A stretch of DNA of 63,580 bases, counting the filler, from Candidatus Woesearchaeota archaeon (lineage in GTDB: Archaea; Nanobdellota; Nanobdellia; Woesearchaeales; CAZJJJ01): assembly GCA_046538795.1 (NCBI GenBank). It is 3 parts of 3 records of this genome, joined end to end, with 100 filler letters (N's around TTAATTAATTAA, not from the genome) between each part and the next. Parts side by side here need not be neighbours in the genome. Positions count along the whole stretch, not along the records: positions 43,440 to 63,580 come from JBKHIF010000021.1; 2 more parts are not named here. The stretch is one strand, 5' to 3'. Position numbers and translations under genes: made by a program. Positions 58,106 through 63,580 of the stretch are shown piece by piece; the stretch's first letter is position 1, and every line of letters starts with the position of its first letter. A model generated the notes under the pieces. The model had not been told where the DNA came from and searched no databases. It saw only the letters and a list, made by a program, of their open reading frames with translations.

Positions 58106-59776
58106 ATGTCAGACACGAAATCAAAAATAACATTTCTCTACCCTGAAACAAGTGAAGAGACATATGAAAAACTTACAGGAATTTTAGAAAACTTCAAGAA
58201 AAAGCATCCTGAACTAAGACAGAAACAGGAGCTTTTTTCAGAAAAGGATATTATCCTGATAACATATGCAGATCATGTTAAAGAAGAAGGTAAAAAGACA
58301 TTCCAGACAATGGGAAATTTTCTGTCAAGATATGCAAAAGACATAAACACAGTACATTTTCTTCCATTTTCACCATACTCATCTGATGATGGTTTTTCTG
58401 TCATAGATTACTATCAGGTTAATCCTGAGTTTGGCTCATGGGATGATGTGCAAAACATTTCAAAAAACTTCAACCTTATGTTTGATCTTGTGATAAACCA
58501 TGTATCTTCAAAAAGCGAATGGTTCCAGGAATTTCTTAAAGGAAATGAAAAATACCAAGATTATTTCATCTACTATGAAACAAAACCTGACACAGCTGAA
58601 GTATTCAGGCCAAGAACTCATCCTCTTCTTACACAATTCAATACAAGTGAAGGAAAAAGATATGTCTGGACAACATTTTCAGAAGATCAGATAGATCTTA
58701 ATTTCAGGAATCCTGAAGTCATGCTTGAGATGATAAAAGTGCTTCTATTTTATATTGAAAAAGGAGCAAGGATAATAAGGCTTGATGCGATTGCATATCT
58801 ATGGAAAGAATTAGGCACAAGTTGCATACATTTGCCGCAGACCCATGAGTTTGTAAGATTATTAAGGGACGTAGTAGATGAAGTTGCGCCTTCAGTTAGG
58901 ATACTCACAGAAACAAATGTTCCACATAAAGACAACATTTCATACTTTGGAGACGGCAACGATGAAGCACACATGGTATATAATTTTTCACTTCCACCCA
59001 TCCTTATTTATTCCTTTATTAAGCAGGATTCAAAAATTCTTTCTGAATGGGCAAGAGAACTTGAAGAACCATCAAAAGAGACTGCCTTTTTCAATTTTAC
59101 AGCATCTCACGATGGAATAGGATTAACGCCTCTTAAGAACATTGTTCCTGATGAAGAGATTGAACAAATCGCTTTATACGCCGATAAAAAAGGAGGCAAA
59201 GTCAATTACAGGATAGTATCCGGCAACGAAAAAAAGCCTTATGAACTTAATATTGTTTATCTCGATGCATTTGATAATCCAAAAGCATTCCTTTGCTCAC
59301 AGGCAATTTCATTGGCTCTTAAGGGAGTTCCCGGGATATATTTCAACAGCCTTATAGGTGCACAGAACTGGACAGAAGGAGTTGAAAAACTAAAATATAA
59401 TCGCGCGATAAACAGGAAAAAATTTAATATTTCAGAACTTGATTCAGAACTTCAGGATCAATCGTCATTAAAGAACAAGGTTTACAATATATACAAAAAG
59501 ATCCTTGATGCAAGGATAAATGAAAGATTGTTTGATCCTAAAATAGATCAGGTCATACTTGATCTGGGAAAAAATATATTTGGTCTGGTAAGATTTCATA
59601 ACAATGAATCTATCGTCTGCCTATTTAATCTATCTTCAGAAGAAGCCTCTGTTGCAGGCAAGATGATAAAAGAAGCAATAAAAAAAGATTCTTCAACAGA
59701 TATCATTACAGAAAATAATTTCAATCTGCTTGAAGATATTGTTCTAAACCCTTATGAATTTGTCTGGTTAAAGTGA
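58106..59776 (+). CDS. GH13_18 sugar phosphorylase, probably glucosylglycerate phosphorylase
   Basis: SSDDGF, DLVINH, WTTFSEDQIDLN, RLDAIAY, TETNVPH, SHDGIG, YELN. Confidence 0.85.
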   Translation: MSDTKSKITFLYPETSEETYEKLTGILENFKKKHPELRQKQELFSEKDIILITYADHVKEEGKKTFQTMGNFLSRYAKDINTVHFLPFSPYSSDDGFSVIDYYQVNPEFGSWDDVQNISKNFNLMFDLVINHVSSKSEWFQEFLKGNEKYQDYFIYYETKPDTAEVFRPRTHPLLTQFNTSEGKRYVWTTFSEDQIDLNFRNPEVMLEMIKVLLFYIEKGARIIRLDAIAYLWKELGTSCIHLPQTHEFVRLLRDVVDEVAPSVRILTETNVPHKDNISYFGDGNDEAHMVYNFSLPPILIYSFIKQDSKILSEWARELEEPSKETAFFNFTASHDGIGLTPLKNIVPDEEIEQIALYADKKGGKVNYRIVSGNEKKPYELNIVYLDAFDNPKAFLCSQAISLALKGVPGIYFNSLIGAQNWTEGVEKLKYNRAINRKKFNISELDSELQDQSSLKNKVYNIYKKILDARINERLFDPKIDQVILDLGKNIFGLVRFHNNESIVCLFNLSSEEASVAGKMIKEAIKKDSSTDIITENNFNLLEDIVLNPYEFVWLK

Positions 59777-61234
59777 ATATAATCCTGAAAACTTTTCCTT
59801 AAGATATTCCACATAATCATCAGGACTTATATCTTTACCTGTGGCTTTTTTGATAAGCTCTTTTGTTGTATAAAGCTGTCCCTTGCTGTGGATATTCTTT
59901 TCCAGAAAATCATGGATATCTGAAAAATCACCTTTGCTTATCTTATCTTTAAGTTTTGGATCATTTTTTGCAATCGCTTTATAGAGTTGTGCAGAGATCA
60001 TGCTTCCAAGAGCATATGTCGCAAAATATCCTAAACCGCCTGACGCCCAGTGCATATCCTGAAGACATCCTTCTTTGTTATTTTTTGGGATTATTCCAAG
60101 ATATTTTTTCATCTTTTCATTCCAGGCAGATGGAAGATTTTCAACAGTTAATTTTTTGTTAATCAGGTCCTGCTCGATCTCAAACCTTATTATGATATGC
60201 ATAGGATATGTAAGCTCATCTGCATTTACTCTTATAAATCCAGGTTTTGAGATATTGATCAGGCTATAGAACTTGTCAATATCAAGGTTCTTGAAGCCAT
60301 ATTCTTTTCTTAGATTCGGAAGCATGAATTTCCAGAATTCTCTGCTTCTTCCTATGTGGTTTTCCCAGAATCTTGACTGAGATTCATGCACTGAATAAGA
60401 TCTTGCGGTGCCCATAGGAAGACCATAATACTTTTTTGGAAGGTTATGTTCATACATGCCATGTCCAGATTCATGAATTGTTGAAAGGATTGCAGACAGC
60501 CAGCCTTCGTTGAATCTTGTAGTTATCCTTCCATAACAGGCAGTAAAAGGATGTGTTGATACATCAAGGCGTCCTTTTGAAAAATCATATCCTATGGCTT
60601 TAGCAAGCTCAATAGAAAATTTCTTCTGTAAATCAGGATTTATCTTTTTTTCAAGAAGTTTTGAATCAGGCTGTTTTTTTTTATTTATGGCTTTTATCAA
60701 TGGGATAAGATCTGTTTTGAGTCTTTCAAAAAAATCCTTTACTTCAGTAATCGATATGCTTTTTTCATAATCATCAAATATGACTTCATAAGGATCTCTT
60801 TTGGAATCGATGAAATCTGCTTTTTTTCTATTAAGATCAATTATTTTTTTTAGCCAGGGAGCAAAACTTTTGAAATCATCATTTTTTCTTGCCTTTCTCC
60901 AGACTTCCATTGCAGAGACGCTTGTTTCTGCATTTTCTTTTACTAATCCTTCAGGAAGTTTTTTTGTTCTCTTGTAAGAAAACTCGATCTCGTTTACATT
61001 TGCTTTTTCGTGGCTGTTTAGCTTATCCTGATCAATAGTTTTCAGAAGTGTTCCGATTTTTTTTGATGTGAAAAGATTATGGGATATTTCAGCTATGGTT
61101 CCCATCTCCATCGCCCTTGCAAACGAAGCATTTTCAGGCATGTTAACTTCCTGATCCCAGGAGAGAACTTCTGTTATTGATCCAAGAATTCCTATCTTTT
61201 TTACGTGTTTTTCAAGTTCCTTGTATTTGTTCAT
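59768..61234 (-). CDS. M32 carboxypeptidase
   Basis: HPF, HESGH, HESQS, IRVNADELTY, GCLQDMHW. Confidence 0.95.
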   Translation of the reverse strand: MNKYKELEKHVKKIGILGSITEVLSWDQEVNMPENASFARAMEMGTIAEISHNLFTSKKIGTLLKTIDQDKLNSHEKANVNEIEFSYKRTKKLPEGLVKENAETSVSAMEVWRKARKNDDFKSFAPWLKKIIDLNRKKADFIDSKRDPYEVIFDDYEKSISITEVKDFFERLKTDLIPLIKAINKKKQPDSKLLEKKINPDLQKKFSIELAKAIGYDFSKGRLDVSTHPFTACYGRITTRFNEGWLSAILSTIHESGHGMYEHNLPKKYYGLPMGTARSYSVHESQSRFWENHIGRSREFWKFMLPNLRKEYGFKNLDIDKFYSLINISKPGFIRVNADELTYPMHIIIRFEIEQDLINKKLTVENLPSAWNEKMKKYLGIIPKNNKEGCLQDMHWASGGLGYFATYALGSMISAQLYKAIAKNDPKLKDKISKGDFSDIHDFLEKNIHSKGQLYTTKELIKKATGKDISPDDYVEYLKEKFSGLYSL

Positions 61235-61335
61235 GTATTGATTTTTACTTTCGGGCTTTTTTAAGTTTTCGTTTGAACTGATAATTTAACACTTAAATAT
61301 CATTTTAATAAATAAAAATATACATTTTTATCGTC

Positions 61336-61674
61336 ATGAAAACAAAATGGATATTTTATGGGATAGGGATTGTTCTTGTCGGTATTTTAATTGCAGGGAT
61401 TGCAATGCCTTCAAAGTATGATGAGTTTGCAAAATGCGTAGCAGAACAAGATGTGACTATGTATGGAACAGAATGGTGCAGTTACTGCCATCAGCAAAAA
61501 GAGTTGTTCGGATCATCTTTTGAATATGTGGATTATGTTGACTGTGATTACAATAAGCAGGTTTGCGATGCCAATTCTGTAAATGGTTATCCTACCTGGA
61601 CTATAAACGGTCAGAAATATTCTGGTGTGCAATCGCTTGAAAAGATATCATCGCTTACGCAGTGCGAACTTTGA
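61336..61674 (+). CDS. Membrane-anchored thioredoxin/glutaredoxin-like protein
   Basis: N-terminal TM, MYGTEWCSYC, GYPTW. Confidence 0.85.
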   Translation: MKTKWIFYGIGIVLVGILIAGIAMPSKYDEFAKCVAEQDVTMYGTEWCSYCHQQKELFGSSFEYVDYVDCDYNKQVCDANSVNGYPTWTINGQKYSGVQSLEKISSLTQCEL

Positions 61675-61690
61675 TCTTATCTTTGATTTT

Positions 61691-61834
61691 TTATTGAAAA
61701 TTTCGTATGAAACACGATTGAAACCTTGTTTCAATGTGCCAGAAATTTAAAAAATTTCTTGCCTTTTTGTGGGATTTGCCCTGAAAGGGTACTCTTCGAG
61801 CAGGTCGGGGAATAGCCATCTGTTTGAGTTATTT
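61691..61834 (+). repeat. Dispersed ~140-bp multi-hairpin repeat, full copy
   Basis: TTATTGAAAATTTCGTATGAAACACG...CCCTGAAAGGGTACTCTTCGAGCAGG...GTTTGAGTTATTT between convergent genes. Confidence 0.9.
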
Positions 61835-63533
61835 ATCTTACTCTTATATCGGGATTATCTCTTCTTAAGATAGTTTCATAAACATCAATGTAGTTTTTTG
61901 CAGTGTTTTCAATATTGAATTTTGCAAAACTTTCTTTCATGATGCGTTTTTTTACCATGTCCCTGAACTCAGGGCTTTTTTCATAGAATCTCATTGCTTC
62001 TGTTATTCCGTACATGAAACCATCCTTGTCAAAATCATCAAACTTGAAGCCATTTCCTATAAGACCATTTCCTGATAACGAATTTACAGTATCAGCAAGT
62101 CCGCCAGTGGTCCTGACAATAGGGAGTGTTCCGTATCTTGGACCTTCTACCTGAGGTGTTCCGCAGGGTTCATATAAAGATGGCATCATTATGAAATCAG
62201 AAGCCGCTTTTCCGGTTTGGCTTAAGGCTCTTGTAAAAGGCTTATATGCGATTTTTCCTGGAAAAATTTTTTCAAGTTTCTTAAATTCCCTGATAAGATC
62301 TGAATTTCCGTTTGCAACTACAGCAATTTGTGCTGAAGGATATTTGTGTATTATTTCAGGAACAGCAGAAAGCAAAATATCAAAGCCTTTTTGAGGATAT
62401 GCGATTCTTGAAGGCCAGAAAAAAATTGGATTTTCAAGATTGTTCTCAAGTTCCATATTTTTTTGGAATTGCTCTTTATTTATCCTTTTTCCAATAGATA
62501 CATCAGGTATCCCATTTTGTTCGTACCAGAATCTTTGTGGTATAAGAGGATCGGTTCTTGGATCAGCTGTTTCTACCGGAGCATTCAATATGCCTTTTGC
62601 ATCACCAAGAGATTGTCTGGTTGTTATGACTTCCCGCATGTTATCAGGTATGATATTGTGCTCCATGAAATATCCATTAACTATCTCTTTAAGGAATGTC
62701 GGGCTTACAGTGTTTATGAAATCTGCTGCATGAAGACCTGTCGTCGTGAGATCTACTGGGTTTGTGTAATAGTTGCCTTCAAATGTTCCTTCGCGATAAT
62801 CAGGATGTTCTTGAAAATAAAGATTGCTCCAGTATGGTTCTACGTCTATGCCGAGATCATAAAGCCTTTCCGGGGTCATATACTGGGTGAAAATATTATG
62901 GAAGGTCATAAGGCTTTTTACGCCCATCTCTTTTGCAGCTGCAGGTACAAGTCCTGTCATCCAGTCATTGCAGTGAACAAGCACATGATCATTTTTTGCG
63001 TTTAGTTGAGGAAGAACCCTTGTATTTATTCCTCTCATGAAAGCTGCTGCATTCTTAAGGTTCTGGTGTTCATCTTTGCTGTAAACTTTTCTTGCAGAAC
63101 TAAACATGTCATCGCTTATCAGGTGTATTCTTGCAGTATCAGAGATGTCATGCCTGATTTTTTCATATTCTGAATGGCTTATGTCTGCAAACGCCCTATA
63201 TATGTTCTTATATTCAGGAAGTGTTACGTGGACATTGAGCCCTTGCTTGTCAAGTTCTGCTACAAGTGCAGCAGATATGTCTGCCAACCCTCCGCCATCT
63301 CCTGTAGTGATTATGTTAGCAAGATTTCCCATATTCTTAGGAAGCCCGACAATTTCAGGCGTTGCAAGAAGGATTACCGGAAGACCTATGCCTTTATGCT
63401 GATATGGTGATTTTCTTTCTTTTAGTATATCTTCTAGTCCTGACTTTAATCTGGTCCAGTCTCCCATCTCCTGTTCATTATCTTTTGAGATGTATTTCTT
63501 TTCAAATTCCTGCATATCTTCGACTATTGACAT
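61833..63533 (-). CDS. glgA: Glycogen/starch synthase (GT5), divergent
   Basis: GGLADI, HCNDW, TFHN, TVSP, QKG, MPSLYEPCG, TGGLADT. Confidence 0.85.
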   Translation of the reverse strand: MSIVEDMQEFEKKYISKDNEQEMGDWTRLKSGLEDILKERKSPYQHKGIGLPVILLATPEIVGLPKNMGNLANIITTGDGGGLADISAALVAELDKQGLNVHVTLPEYKNIYRAFADISHSEYEKIRHDISDTARIHLISDDMFSSARKVYSKDEHQNLKNAAAFMRGINTRVLPQLNAKNDHVLVHCNDWMTGLVPAAAKEMGVKSLMTFHNIFTQYMTPERLYDLGIDVEPYWSNLYFQEHPDYREGTFEGNYYTNPVDLTTTGLHAADFINTVSPTFLKEIVNGYFMEHNIIPDNMREVITTRQSLGDAKGILNAPVETADPRTDPLIPQRFWYEQNGIPDVSIGKRINKEQFQKNMELENNLENPIFFWPSRIAYPQKGFDILLSAVPEIIHKYPSAQIAVVANGNSDLIREFKKLEKIFPGKIAYKPFTRALSQTGKAASDFIMMPSLYEPCGTPQVEGPRYGTLPIVRTTGGLADTVNSLSGNGLIGNGFKFDDFDKDGFMYGITEAMRFYEKSPEFRDMVKKRIMKESFAKFNIENTAKNYIDVYETILRRDNPDIRVR

Positions 63534-63580
63534 TTTCTGATGAGTTCTTTTAGAAACTATTTATAAATATTATGCTAAAT

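Noticed and set aside
1..63580. CRISPR array or rRNA genes
   Set aside because: No regularly spaced direct repeats with unique spacers and no rRNA-like sequence seen

Overview
AT-rich archaeal sequence. Gene content (S-layer protein, SMC, AMP phosphorylase, PAC2, RNase HII, AlaX, intron-containing tRNA-Ile(UAU)) suggests a DPANN, probably Woesearchaeota-like, metagenome-assembled genome; this is inference. Two artificial 100-nt N/TTAATTAATTAA linkers (22012-22111, 43340-43439) split the window into three contigs, so synteny across them is unproven. Most genes are housekeeping or metabolic: glycerate kinase, enolase, OFOR alpha/beta, rubredoxin, NnrD, Ogt, UDG, M32 peptidase, a GH13 phosphorylase and a glycogen synthase. 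Most interesting items: (1) at 1-2616, an integron-like array of short unrelated genes separated by a conserved non-canonical bulged hairpin, next to a tyrosine recombinase truncated at a duplicated tRNA-Val 3' end; (2) a dispersed ~140-bp multi-hairpin repeat family with compensatory changes, one copy abutting a truncated HAD gene; (3) a five-gene surface cluster of repeated Ig/cohesin-like and EF-hand/dockerin-like modules; (4) a pore-less voltage-sensor fusion protein; (5) an AEP primase-polymerase-like gene paired with an EndoIV-like TIM barrel; (6) a three-domain radical SAM cluster followed by a GT-C-like membrane protein and a half-length Hel308-like helicase. All family assignments are by eye from motifs; no database searches were run.
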